A stretch of DNA of 64,000 bases, taken from assembly GCA_001244265.2 (NCBI GenBank), contig CDLV01000011.1, forward strand, positions 1,426,001-1,490,000. Direction: 5' to 3'. The notes under the pieces were generated by a model. It did no database searches. It was not told where the DNA came from and worked only from the letters and a program-made list of their open reading frames with translations. Positions 34,374 through 49,233 of this stretch are shown in pieces; within the stretch, counting starts at the first letter, position 1; the number at the start of each line of letters is the position of its first letter. This DNA comes from Microbotryum violaceum. Lineage: Eukaryota. Position numbers and translations under genes: made by a program.

Positions 34374-34790
34374 GGCGCGCGAATCGTTTCAGGGGCGGGC
34401 GTGTAATAGGGAGGGATGCGAAAGAGCGCACCGAACAGGGCGACGCGACGCGCCTCGGACATTCACGCTCGGGCCAGCTCGGGCCAGCTCGGGCACAGCT
34501 GCTCAGGCGGCGGTGGAGATCCGACCCAAGACTTGACCGCTCTCACATAATAAGAAGCGACGTGGATCGCTGACAAGCAGGCAAGATTAAGTATATTATT
34601 TCGCGCGAGGAACAAACGTGCAAGACGGCCGGATTATCATGCACAACGTGAGGTGGCAAGAGGGAAGGAGAGGCGGAATAGAGAGGAAAGAGAGGATATG
34701 AAGAGTTTAGTAAACGACAAGAATGAAACGATAAAAGGAGAGAAAGATGCCAGCAGGAACGAGATCAGACCCCCGATGTCCCAACAAAAA

Positions 34791-37019
<2,229 letters not shown>

Positions 37020-38416
37020 CGTCAAGGCCTATCGAACGAGAGGCACGGTGTCGATCCTGACCGCGCTGAAGTGAGTTGCGGATTCGACGGATGAAGGGAA
37101 CGCCGGAGAGGAGGGGAGGCGCACACGAAACGTGAGCAGGTGGGTCAAACCAAGCCCGCAGATCGGGTGCGAGCGCCGAACAATCACGGGTTGATCCTCG
37201 ATTACGGGTGCTAGTCGATGTTTCTCGATGGCGTAGCACTACAACGTAGTCTGGTGCGTTAACAGTGGGTAGGGTGCAGGTGTGGAATGGGTGTGCCGCG
37301 ATCGCTACGACGGCGTGCCTGAGCAGAGCCCGACGGCGACAGTACGGCGACGACTCGACAGAAGACGACTTGGAACGAGATCAGCAGCGGCGCAAAGTGA
37401 TCGCCAGCCGGCCGCGTGGAACACGGATTGGCAGTCCGGTCCGGGGTAATGGCCCGTCGAGTACCCCTTACTAGAATTGATGGCCTGTAGCCACTGTTGC
37501 TGCAATCGGGAGTTTAACCGATATGCTTGCTGTACAGACCGTTGGATGATAGTGGAATGAGTTTGACGGGGTAGACCGAATGGCAAGCTTTGAACAGCGC
37601 CGGTGGGTGAGGCGACTGGGCCTTGAATTTGATAGGCCGTAGGCGCGTAGGCGGCGAGGACGATCCGGCGAGGACGATCCGAGCGCCAACTGCCAACCAA
37701 GCGCGGAGACAGGAACAGAAGCCTCCTGGGCTGAGGCTGAACGTGTATGTGACGGTTTGGAAGAACAAAGTCGAACTCGAGAGGGAGAGGGAGATATCCA
37801 CCGGGTGTAGCGATCAACACCGAATGAGGTAGCACGATCGTCGACCAGGTACTACTAGTGTGTGGTGCCGCGTGGCAGGGGAGAGAAGGCCGAGGCGGGC
37901 GCTCGCTTGCCAACCTCCTAGTAGTAAGCTCGCTCGGGCCATCCCCCTTAATTCCGGCTTTGTACGGATCTATCTCTCCCATCGGCAGCCCGCTTCTCAT
38001 GGAGTTCGCCTACACCTGATTACATCGGTGACGTGGGGTTACATCTGCCTGCAATCCGACCGCGGGAGGCTGCAGTGGGAGCCTACTCTGAGTCATATTC
38101 GGAATTTCCGAAAAACAAAAGTCACAAGCATCTGCGGACGGGTAGAGGCGAGATAAAGCGAGATGAAGCCAGATGGAGCAAAATCGGGAATGGACAGTGG
38201 AAATACCGCGCTCACAGGCTGGCAGCACTTCAGCAGCGCGCCAGTCCGGGCTGTTGGCTTCGGAGCGTGCACCCACTTGCCCAGCCGATCGGACCCCGGC
38301 CGTGTCTTGTTATTGTGCCGCCACAACAGCAGAAACACTGCTGAGCCATTCTTAGGAGCAGCTCGCGCCTCGTCATCCATCAAGGCAGCCACTCGTACGA
38401 GGTCGACGGTCTCAAC

Positions 38417-41315
38417 ATGTCGCAACGCGAGGGAGCCGGCCGGGTCAAGAACCGTGCGCCCGCTGCCATCCAAGTCAGTCACTTGATGTAGTCGTCCCAG
38501 CATTGACCCATTTCTGACCATGTTCATACTCCCGCCTCCACCTCTTGCGAACTTTCCTGGCCGGCCGCACTCCACGCCCTCGCCCTCCGTTGGCGCCCCT
38601 CTCTTCCTCCCGGGCTCATCATCGAACAGATCACCGCCGAACAACTCTTGCGAGAAGCAGCCGACTTTCAAGAAAAGACCGCGGTCAAGCCCAAGCAGCA
38701 TGTCGAGGACTTGGAAGAGTTGCACGAGTACCGCGGGCGCAAGCGCCAAGAGTTCGAGGAGACCATCCGCCGCACCCGGAGCAATGTCAGTCCTACACTC
38801 CGACTTGTAACATGGGTGCGAAACTGATCTCTTCTTACGCTGGCTACAGATCACGGCTTGGGCCAAGTATGCCAACTGGGAAGCCGCGCAGGGAGAGTTC
38901 CCCAGGTAGGTTCTCTCGTAAGGATGTCCATGGGTTTCGTACCTTTCTGAGCTCACCACCACCAAATCCAACACAGATCACGCTCCGTGTTTGAACGTGC
39001 ACTTGATGTCGACCCTACCAACCTCAAGCTATGGCTGTCCTATACCGAGATGGTTAGTCACCCCCGCATCCGACCCTGTCTCACCCCAACTGCATGCTAA
39101 ACCACTCTCGATAACTCTCACAGGAACTGAAAGCGCGCAACATCGCCCATGCTCGCAACCTCTTTGACCGAGCCGTGACACTCTTGCCTCGCATCGATCG
39201 CATCTGGTACAAGTACGTCTACCTGGAAGAGATGCTCGGCAACGTCGCCGGGGCGCGCCAAGTCTTTGAGCGCTGGATGGCCTGGGAGCCCGATGAGAAA
39301 GCCTGGAGCGCCTACATCAAACTCGAGATTCGATACAACGAACTCGATCGTGCGAGTGTGTTGTACGAACGCCTCGTCAATTGCCATCCCGAACCCAAGA
39401 TGTTCATCAAGTGGGCCAAGTTTGAGGAGGAACGAAGGAGGCTTGATCGCGCGAGGGAGATCTTCACGATGGGCTTCGAGTTTTATGGCCAGGACGAACA
39501 AGGGATCGATAAGAGCCAGTCGTTGTACTCGGCGTTCGCCAAGATGGAGGTCAGGCACAAAGAGTACGATCGAGCGAGGGTCATTTACAAGTTCGCTTTG
39601 GAACGACTACCCCGTACCCGAGCGACGCAACTCTATGCGGCCTACACCAACTTTGAGAAGCAGTTTGGTGATCGACAGGCGATCGAGACGACCGTATTGG
39701 GGAAACGACGTATCCAGTACGAGGAAGAGTTGACCCACGAATCGCGCAATTACGACGTTTGGTTCGACTATGCGCGACTCGAGGAGGACGCGTACCGGAG
39801 TGCAACCGCAGGCGGACAAGCTGACGAAGCTGCGTTGACTCGAGTGAGGGAGGTGTACGAACGCGCCGTGGCGCAGGTGCCACCGAGCGACGAGAAGCGT
39901 CATTGGCGACGGTACATTTTCACATGGCTCAACTACGCCTTGTTCGAGGAGCTCGAGACCAAGGATCTGTCGAGGGCGCGGGACATTTACAAGGCGTGCC
40001 TCAAGCTCGTGCCGCACAAGCGCTTCACTTTCGCCAAAGTATGGGTGCAGTATGCCGAGTTTGAGGTCAGGCAGATGCAGCTTGACGCGGCGAGGAAGAT
40101 CTTTGGGACGGCTATCGGTATGGCGCCCAAGGACAAGGTGAGACTTGATGCCAAGCTTCCTCTCTACGGGGCTATTTGCTGACATGTTCCCTTTTCCCGA
40201 ACATCAGTTGTTCAAGGAGTACATCGAGCTCGAACTCAAGCTGCGCGAGTTTGACCGCCTACGCACACTGTACCAAAAATGGCTCGAGGTAGGTCTTTTC
40301 CATCTCGTCAATCTCACTTGTACAGAACCTCACCTAATTCCCTATTGGCCTCCAGTTCGACCCATCCAACGCGACGGCCTGGATCAAATTCACCGAGCTC
40401 GAAGCCGGTCTGCAAGAATTCGATCGCGCTCGCGCCATTTACGAGCTCGCGGTTGACCAACCTTCAATGGACATGCCCGAACTCATCTGGAAGAGCTGGA
40501 TCGACTTTGAGTACGAAGAAGAGGAATACGATCGCGCGAGGGAACTGTACGAACGTCTGTTGCAGAGGACCAGTCACGTCAAGGTTTGGGTCTCTTTCGC
40601 TCAGTTCGAGGCGAATGCTGGATTGGCGATCGCCAGGGCTTATGCTGGGGAGGATGAGGAGGGTGAAGAGGAAGGCGCGGAGGAGAAGGAGAAGACGGAG
40701 GTCGATCATGAGGCGGTCGAACAGGCTAAACAGGAAGGATTGGAGCGTGCGAGGGCTGTGTTCGAACGTGGGTACAATGATCTCAAGAAAAAGCAACTCA
40801 AGGAAGAGGTAAGTCTTCTAAAAAAAACCCTCAAGTGCTCTCTTGCTTGTGCGTCTAAGGGACCGTCTGACCAATGGAGAGTTCTGCTCACAGCGCGTCG
40901 TCTTGCTCGAGGCATGGAAAGCCCTCGAGACGAACGAGGGCGATGCGGCTTCGCTGGCCAAGGTTGTGGCCAAGATGCCTCGGGTTGTCAAGAAGATGCG
41001 CAAGGTCGATGGCGACGCGTCGATGATGGAAGAATGTCAGTTTCCCCCACATCGAAACGTTTAGGAAAGCCGAGATGATGCTCACGCTTCCGATAACCGT
41101 TCTTGTACGCAGACTACGACCTTATCTTCCCCGATGACGAAACGGCGGCCAACGCCGTCTCGCTCAAAGTGCTCGAGATGGCCGCCGCCTGGAAAAAGAA
41201 GCAAGCCGAAATGGCCGCGAACAAGCCCGCAGAGGAAGAAGAGGAAGACGACGACGACGACGAAGATGAAGAAGACGAGGAGGAGGAAGGAGATTCAGGG
41301 GAAGCTGAAGATTGA
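38417..41315 (+). CDS. CLF1: Pre-mRNA splicing factor Clf1/crooked neck (HAT repeats)
   Basis: '[38 protein letters not shown]', '[31 protein letters not shown]', 'KRHWRRYIF', '[14 protein letters not shown]' and 'YDLIFPDDE'. Confidence 0.97.
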
Positions 41316-41882
41316 TTCGTTTCCTACTACAAGTACAATACCTGCAATCAAGCTGTGTTTGACTATCACGGCCGACAAATGAGCTATTCGGGAGCCTTAT
41401 TCGGCTTTGCTTGCTTGCACAGACCTCTCTCACCGAGACCCACGACAACCAAGATAAGAGCACAGACGAGCCCTTCTGGCAGCGATAGAGACCGAACAAC
41501 TTTACGTTTGCATTTTTCAAACTTTTGACCGGGGCAAAGGGGAACGACGATTAAAGAGTGAAGCGGGTAGGGGAACGGGAAAAGGAAAGCAAACCGTCCC
41601 TGCCGGCGAAGAGAAAACAAAGCGAAGGTCTAAACAAAGTACGAACGAAAAAGAAGGAGATACGAGATAGATAGAGAAAGGAGTCATGAAAACAGAGAAG
41701 AGGGACAAGCGACGGGGGTACACTGTCCCCGGATCGAGGAAGCTCGCCTCTATGGGCGAGGAGTTGAGAAAGGATAGAGAACGATTTTGCGAGTGTTCTA
41801 GTAGGGAAACAACGAGATGGATTTGACAAGAAGACGTGCGCGCACGGTATAGCGACGTTGACGACGACTCGAGTGCTTGTAT

Positions 41883-44256
41883 CTACTCGGATTCACCCCG
41901 GCCGATGACGAAGACTTGGAAGCCGATCGCACGCAACTCGTCGGCGTCGAGGATCCCACGGCCATCGAAGACGAAGGCGGGCTTCTTCATGCTGTCGTAG
42001 ACGGCGGACCAGTCGAGCGTCTTGAATTCGTCCCATTCTGTGCAGACAATAATGCCCTCGGCGCCGAGCGCGGCCTCCATTGCGGAGTTGCAGATAGTGA
42101 CCTGCTTCTGAACTGAATTGGCCAAGAGGCGAGTAGTCATGTTGTCAGGGAGGGGTTCAAATCACAGTCGGTACGAGAAGGCACTCACGTGCGGCCTTGT
42201 TATCGTGGACACCAGGCTGAGTTAAGTCGAGCCAGATTTGAGCCTCGGGAACCTTGGGGTCGTAGATCGTCAACTTGGCTTGCTCCTCGAGCAAGTGCTT
42301 GCAGACGGTCGCGGCGGGCGATTCTCGCGTGTCTCCGGTGTCCTGTTGAATGAGCGAGAGGAAGCGGTATCAGTAAATGTGGCGCTAATTATCTGAAGCA
42401 TTCAGAATAAGGGTCGGACTAACTTTCTTGAAAGCAAAGCCGAGGCAGCACAAAGGCTTGGCGGTGACGGTGCTGAACAGCGACTTTACGATTCGGTTCG
42501 AGAACCTCCTCTTCTGGTACTCGTTCATGGTGTGGATCTGTCGCCAGTAGTCGGCAACTTCGGGCAAATACAGGGATTCTGAGAGGTAGACCAAGTTGAG
42601 GATATCCTTCTGGAAGCACGATCCACCGTAGCCGACTGAAGCCTTGAGGAAACGCGAGCCGATACGTTGATCGAGACCAACAGCGTGGGCGACCTCATCG
42701 ACGTCGGCACCGGTGGCCTCACAGATGGCCGAAAGGGCGTTGATCGACGAGATGCGCTGGGCGAGCAAAGCGTTGGCAGCCAATTTCGAGAGCTCGGACG
42801 ACCAGAGACCAGTCGTGATGACCCTCTCGCGAGGAACCCAGTTGGCGTAGACCTCCACGAGGGCCTTTTGAGCGGCTTTACCCTCGGGCGTACCAAGACT
42901 ACCGATGAGGACACGATCGGGAGCGGACAAGTCGGCAATGGCGGTCCCTTCAGCCAGGAACTCGGGGTTGGACAAAATGTCGAAGCGGCAGCCCGGTCGC
43001 GAGTTGGCCTCGAGGATGGTTCGCATCGATGAGGCTGTTCGGCACGGGACGGTCGACTTTTCAACAACGATCTTGGACGAGGTGGCGACCGATGCGATGC
43101 GGCGAGTGCACAATTCGATGTAGCTTCATAAGGAGTGAAGGGATAGATCGCTTATGTCAGCGCGCCAGTCCTTCTCTCGAGAAAAGATAGCAGCAGCGAC
43201 AACTTGCAAAAGATCCGCGGCGTAACCGGCACCGACACCGGACTTCTTGGTCGGGGTGTTGACGGAAACAAAGATGAGGTCGGCCTCGATGATGGCCTTG
43301 TCAATGTCGGTGTCGAAAAACAAGTTCTTACCACGGTGCGCCTTTACGATCTCCTCGAGTCCTGGCTCGTAGATGGGGAGCTTGTCCGAGTTCCACGCGG
43401 CGATGCGTGCCGCGTTAACGTCGACGATGGTGACGGTGATGTGGGGGCACTTGGCCGCGATCATCGAGCAGGCTATTCAAGATAGTAGTACAAGAAGGAA
43501 ACGAGCTGCATCAATAAGACTGTAATATGTTCCTTCCCAAGATATTTTGTCGGATAAAGAGCAGCAGCACGCGCAGCAACGCGAGCTCGTCATCGTGTCG
43601 TCAGACGAGGGAAGCGTAACGAAGACGATATCAAAAGCCGAAGAAACATCAAGTTCGGCATGTCGGCATTGGTAGACTGTTGTTAATGGGAACATCGAAG
43701 TGCTTCAAGAAAGCCCGCAGTACAAAAAGGGCCCAAGCTGAATCGCTTTGGAGGCGAATCGCATGGAACGTGTCCTTCCTCGCGTTACAAGCAGTTCGAT
43801 CGCCCGCATCTCGTCACACATGAGTCTAGATGTCAGACGTTGTCTGTCCCGAGTCGTGCTGGGAGACAAATTGTCGTATTTGAAGTGTCATTTAACCGCA
43901 TCGGCTCGAGTCGGAGTGGGCCGAGATTCAGGAGAAATCGCGGAAACCGGGGGCGCATGGACGGCACGAGAGAGTAGAGGCGAGGAGCACTCACTCGGTC
44001 CACCGACATAGCCGGCACCAATGCAAGCGATCTTCTTGACCTTGACCTGCAGGAACAAAGGGGAACGTGGGATCAGTTATGAACGACCCACTGACCACGG
44101 GCGAGAGATAATGGACTCCAGCTCCAGGCGAGGAGATACCGCGACGCGCCAAGAGCCTTCCTGGCCTTCCACGCGTCGCACCGCACGCGTTCAGGCCACC
44201 GCGAAGGATGCTCGCCGGGATGAAGCTAGACTTACGGTATCGATGGTATGACTCAT
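41883..44256 (-). CDS. UGD1: UDP-glucose 6-dehydrogenase
   Basis: '[15 protein letters not shown]', 'LPIYEPGL', 'SVNTPTK', 'VEKSTVP', 'SNPEFLAEG', '[11 protein letters not shown]', catalytic '[10 protein letters not shown]', '[16 protein letters not shown]' and 'TEWDEF..FDGR'. Confidence 0.97.
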
Positions 44257-44674
44257 GATGTAGGTACTTGGTCTTGAAACGAGAACCAAAAGCGGGCGAA
44301 GGAGGTGGTGAGAAGAAGGCGGATTGGGGGAGGGGGAACGCGTGAAAGAAAGCTGAGAAGCTGAGGCACTGAGGCACTGAGGCGTGTTTCAAAACGGCTC
44401 AGCGCGTTCCCTCGCACGGACCCTTCCGCAATCGAACGATCGGCACCGACGATCGAATACGAAAAAAAAAGGTCTCACGCCCGGAGCGTGCGCGCAGCAA
44501 CACTGGTCCAAAAACGATCGAGCCGGATTTAGTCATCGGTCGAGTTTTGGCACCTCCTTTCTTGTACCCCACACTTCGCCGAACTCCTTAGAAGCCAACA
44601 ATCGCGTCGCACGAAGATCGGATCAGAACTCTCCTCAACCTATCCAGTTGAAGTTGTTCATCTACCTCTGGAAC

Positions 44675-45276
44675 ATGACGGACAACACTCGCATCCCACC
44701 CACCTCCACCCCTGTGACGATCAACCCAGACACGCCGACGCCTCATTTCGACGTCGACGAGATGCGCCGGGTCTTTGAGGCCGATCAAAATCACGACAAC
44801 GAGCAGATGAACAGTTCGTTCCTCCATCTTAAAATCACAAACTGCTACCTATGGACTGATACGACCGGAACCAGCTCTCCTGGCCGAGTTTGATCAGCTG
44901 ATGAAAGACTTTGAAGTGTGGAGTCACGCACACGTCTCGCGCCGAGCGATCGAGGACCAGATGGACTTGGAAAACATGGCACAAGAACTTGCCAAGGAAG
45001 AAGAGCGGAACCGTACGTTCAAATGACAGAACACTTCTTCGCTAACTAACTCCGCACGATTGTATTTGGCTGATCTACAAGAGTCATCGGCCACAGAGCA
45101 GCAAAAGAACTCGATTGCTGCGTACGTCGTACCACCGACAGGCGCCGCACCTTGCAGGCACAAGTCAACGCTAACTCGCATATCGACTTCTCAGCCTAAT
45201 GAGGTCCATCGTTGGAGCCGTCGAAGCTTTTCGTCAAGACAAAATCGATGTGTCGCCAGTTTCAACCCAAGATTGA
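44675..45276 (+). CDS. Small 4-exon hypothetical protein with a probable coiled coil
   Basis: Three introns with GTTCGT/GTACGT donors and CAG/AAG acceptors join one frame: MTDNTRIPP..NEQMN T|LLAEFDQLMKDFEVW..LAKEEERN Q|SSATEQQKNSIA A|LMRSIVGAVEAFRQDK..TQD*. No family recognised. Confidence 0.65.
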
Positions 45277-45415
45277 AGTCCGAGTGCGCGTTTTCCGGGT
45301 TCTTGCATCCTTGCTCACTTTAGCAGTCTACCACTCCGGGAATCGATATTGCACTCATCCGCATCAAAAAGGTACAACACAAAAATTGAATTCGTAGCTG
45401 CAGGCCCACACTGAA

Positions 45416-48400
45416 TCATTGCATCTGACTCCCTCTCCGCCCATTGAGCTGACTCTGACTCTGTGCAACCGGACTGGTTCCCGCCTCCAACGTGTCGTTT
45501 AGCTTGCCCGCGACTCGATCTACCTCGTTCTCCTTGCAGAGGCGATGGTAAGCTGAACGATGGAAGGCGTTGAGCGCTTGGACGAATTTCCGGCCCGTCT
45601 GTGGTGAAGTACAGCGATCCTGACTGAGCACCCTGAAAGGCCAACTTGAAGAGCATCACGAGAGATACTTGGAACTTACCGGATTCGCGTTGATCTGGTC
45701 AAACAAGCTGATAGTGTAAGATCGAACGGTCGTCGATGGGTGGAAAAGACCGAATGCAAGTGGCAAGAGTCCTCCCATGTGTGCTGGGAGGCGTGCAAGC
45801 AGCTGGAGACAAGTCGGCGCGGCAACACCTTTCAGTTGTCTTCGTCCGTGCTGTCCGTTAGCAGGCGCCTGAACACCAGCACTCACTGCTACCACTGCAT
45901 CCTCGGAGGTCCGGCAGAGCTCAGCTAGGCTCCGCATGATCGCTGCGACTTCGGTGCTCTGCATTCGTCGAGAGTATCGCAATCGTGCAAGCTGGTGCGA
46001 CAGGTCGATTTGTCGCATCGGTCGCTCACAGTCCAAGGCGAACGACTAGGAAGCGGGGAAAATTCGCTGTTTTAGCGCAGAGCGCAAGATAGATCAGCCC
46101 AAGAAGAGTAGAAAAGAGCTTACCTGCTTGAATAAGGTGTACCCGTTCGTCAAACACCACCCCTCAACCCGACCAGCATTGATCGACATTTCTCTCGTCG
46201 TCATCGTCTCATCAGGGAAGAACACCCCACTGCCCAATACCGAAACAGGTCCAGTAGTGAATGGCGCATAGGGGTAGCCTATAGAAGTCGTGCCGGTAAC
46301 ATCTTCTTCGTAGCGAGAAGCGATACGCACAAAGCGTTGCACATAGTCCGTGCAGCGTGCCCGAATGGCGGCTTCGCCGTGGTGACTCGCAATCGACGAC
46401 AAGATCTGTGAGCGCTCGGTTCCGGTGCGTCAGTACCTCCGTCTGATCGTGCCCAAGCCTAAAACGTGGACTCACCTCATCCACGAAATCGTAGTCGTAC
46501 GATTGTACGCGCCCTACAGAAGTCGAGCCCGCCGCCACGCCACCCGTTGCACCGACCGCAGACCCGAGCGGAGCGGACGCCAGACTCGGTGTTCTTCCTT
46601 CTCCGTCGTCGCCATTCGTCCCGGTCAAGTCGGACGAGATTGCCGATACCAAAGTGGCCGCGGTGGCTGTCCGGCCAGTCGCCCCTGTGGCGTGGGTCCG
46701 CATCGGTGCTGCCGGGCGGATCTCTTTGGAGACGACGATCTTGCCCGTTTCGTAGTTGCACAACACGTCCCACCATGAAGGTCGATCCGCAAATGCGGGG
46801 TTGCAGACTCCGGCAATGAAACCAGGTCTATCGAGAGTATAGGCTGAGGTCGTCAGCCAGTCAACCTCCTCAACAGAGGAAGTTTAAGATCAAGGACTCA
46901 CACATTCTCGAGATTGTCCAAGTTGGTCAGGTTGGTGTATGGAAAAGCTCGCTCGACGAAGCCGCCAAGAACAGCGCCGCAGCCACTTGCGAGCGCACAA
47001 GCGGCGAGGACCAGGTTAGCCACTAGGCTGGCGGCGTGCCCGTGGCCCAGGAAGACGACCCGCTTGTTCGTGACGAGCGCGTTGAAGAGGACGATGATCG
47101 GTGGTGTCGCTGATCCGGAGGTGTGGAGGTGCGGGTGCAGCGGGCCGGGTGTTAGTGATGTCGGCGATGAGAACGTTTGGATGAGTTTGATAAGAGAGTA
47201 CTGCTAAGGCGAACGCGGTCAGTCACGTCACGAGCAAGAGGCAAGTGGTAATGATTAGTAGCTTACGTCGCCAATCTCCTCCGGGAACGTTGAGAGGGGT
47301 ATCCGTATCGGGATTGTCATCGAGTTAAATGTGATCTTGCTATCAAACCAATGGGTATCGCGCGAGACGTTCGCCACCACCACCGATGCCGCTGCGCTCG
47401 GCGTCAGCGACCGACTTCCGTCGCCTTGTGCACCATAGCTGAAGCTTGTCGCCGTCGAACTCGCCCCTCCTCCATTGAGATGAGCCAAGCCACCAAAGAA
47501 CGGGACCTTGAAGCCATCATCTGAAGACCCCAATGTGTTAGTCCTTGACCGAGCGTAAGGTGATTCATCAGCGGAAGGTGCCGAAGACGAGGAGTGATCG
47601 GCGGACGATGGCGGATGTGTTCTTGCGCCAAGGGCGAGCGAAGAAATGCTATTGGAGGATATCGATGGCGAAGGACCCGAGCCGTCCAGCACTTCGGCAT
47701 TCGTCAGCGACCCCATCGAGGTTGAATGTGTGATCGAGCTATGCTGATGATGGTGCGGAGCCTTAGAATCGCGATGGTGATCGTGGATCGAAGATGTATC
47801 GGTGCTTGAATTGGCAGAATGCTGATGCCTCTGTGCAGTCGAGCTCCTACTCCACTTTTCCTCAAAAAAGTCTTTGCGCTCAGTGGCTCTCAGAACCAAG
47901 CGCTCATCGAAGGACAGACTGGGCACATCCGACATATCCATCGAGTTGATCGAATGGAACAGACGGGCCAGGTAGGCTGAGGAGGGTTCGATGAAATAGG
48001 CTTCGAGGGCGAGTAAGAGTACCGGCTGAGGTATATGGAGCATTCTGGTCAGAAATATACCGGTACGACTTCTCGTATGTTCTCTCTCACCTTGAAAACC
48101 TGAATATAAGGATGATGCGATGCCACCGCGAGCGCTTTAACGAGAGCTCCTCTGTCGGCAGAATTTGCGAGGTCGTCAGCAGGACGCCTCAGGGAAAAAT
48201 TGGGCTTACTGTTGAACTGACCTTCGCACTGTCGCATCCTTCTTTGTCCTGACCAAACTCATGACATACAACAGCTCGCTCTTTTGGCCACTCGTATTCG
48301 CTCCCGCAGCTCCCAAGGTGGATCTGGCATCCGTCTCCGAGGTCGGGGGGGTCGACGAATCGGAGATGGTCAAGGGCGGTATCTGGTTGAGATAGAAGAC

Positions 48401-48944
48401 GGTCCAATCCTCTTGCCGGTCATGTGCTCCATCGGGCAGCATGTGTTCTGCGAGAAGGCTGTGGAAGCACCAATCGGCCCGAGTCAATCTACACTTTAGT
48501 TCTGAGCTCGGGAGGAATTCGGGGCTCGAGACGACGCGACTGACTGCTCATCGATCGAGCTCTGACCCGGATATTGATGTTTGAGTATTGATCCTCTATA
48601 CGGTATACGGTAGCGAGGTGATGCGGATGGGACGCAGAAATCCGAGGCGAAGTCGGTGAGCAACGAGGAACATGGTTCAAACGAAGTACCGGGGTTGAGC
48701 GACGACGAGTGAGGTGGAAGACGATCAGCACTCGCATCAATCGCATCATGACGCGTATAGGATACAAATCGCGGACGTACTGGTCAATATCAAATTCGGC
48801 GAGGAACACATGCGATATAGGCGGATGCTTGGATGACAGCGACACTCGAGCTACTTCCGGCTCAGCCGAGCTCGTCGGTGCGACCTTGCCGCGACTGGTC
48901 GAGGCCAGACTCGACGTTGGAGTGTGTTGAGGGATCGACTGCAT
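45416..48944 (-). CDS. MesA/Afi1-family polarity protein (Afi1 docking + SPA/DENN-like)
   Basis: '[20 protein letters not shown]..|[23 protein letters not shown]', '[20 protein letters not shown]', '[32 protein letters not shown]' and '[13 protein letters not shown]'. Confidence 0.9.
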
Positions 48945-49233
48945 TACCTCCTGGAGACCGTCCAGATGCGCGCAACCTTTAAAGTCGAAACGGTGTAACG
49001 GGGTGGATGTAGGCGCAAAGTGACACGCGATCGCCTGCTCTGCTCGTCCAGTGAAATGTGGAGCGCGCAGGGAAACGGTCGCGCTCGGACCTCCGCTCCG
49101 AGTGAACCGGACGCTGCCGCGGGTGTCGCTCTGTGATCTCGCACGACAGGCGTTTAGCACCGTATCATCCGCACTAACGCCGGCAAGGCTGTGCGTGTGC
49201 GGGCTTTCAGTGCCTTCGAGAGGAGCAACTGGC

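Noticed and set aside
37930-38100. RNase MRP/P-like RNA suggested by GGGAGCCTACTC
   Set aside because: The matching upstream conserved GAAAGTC-type P4 strand was not found.
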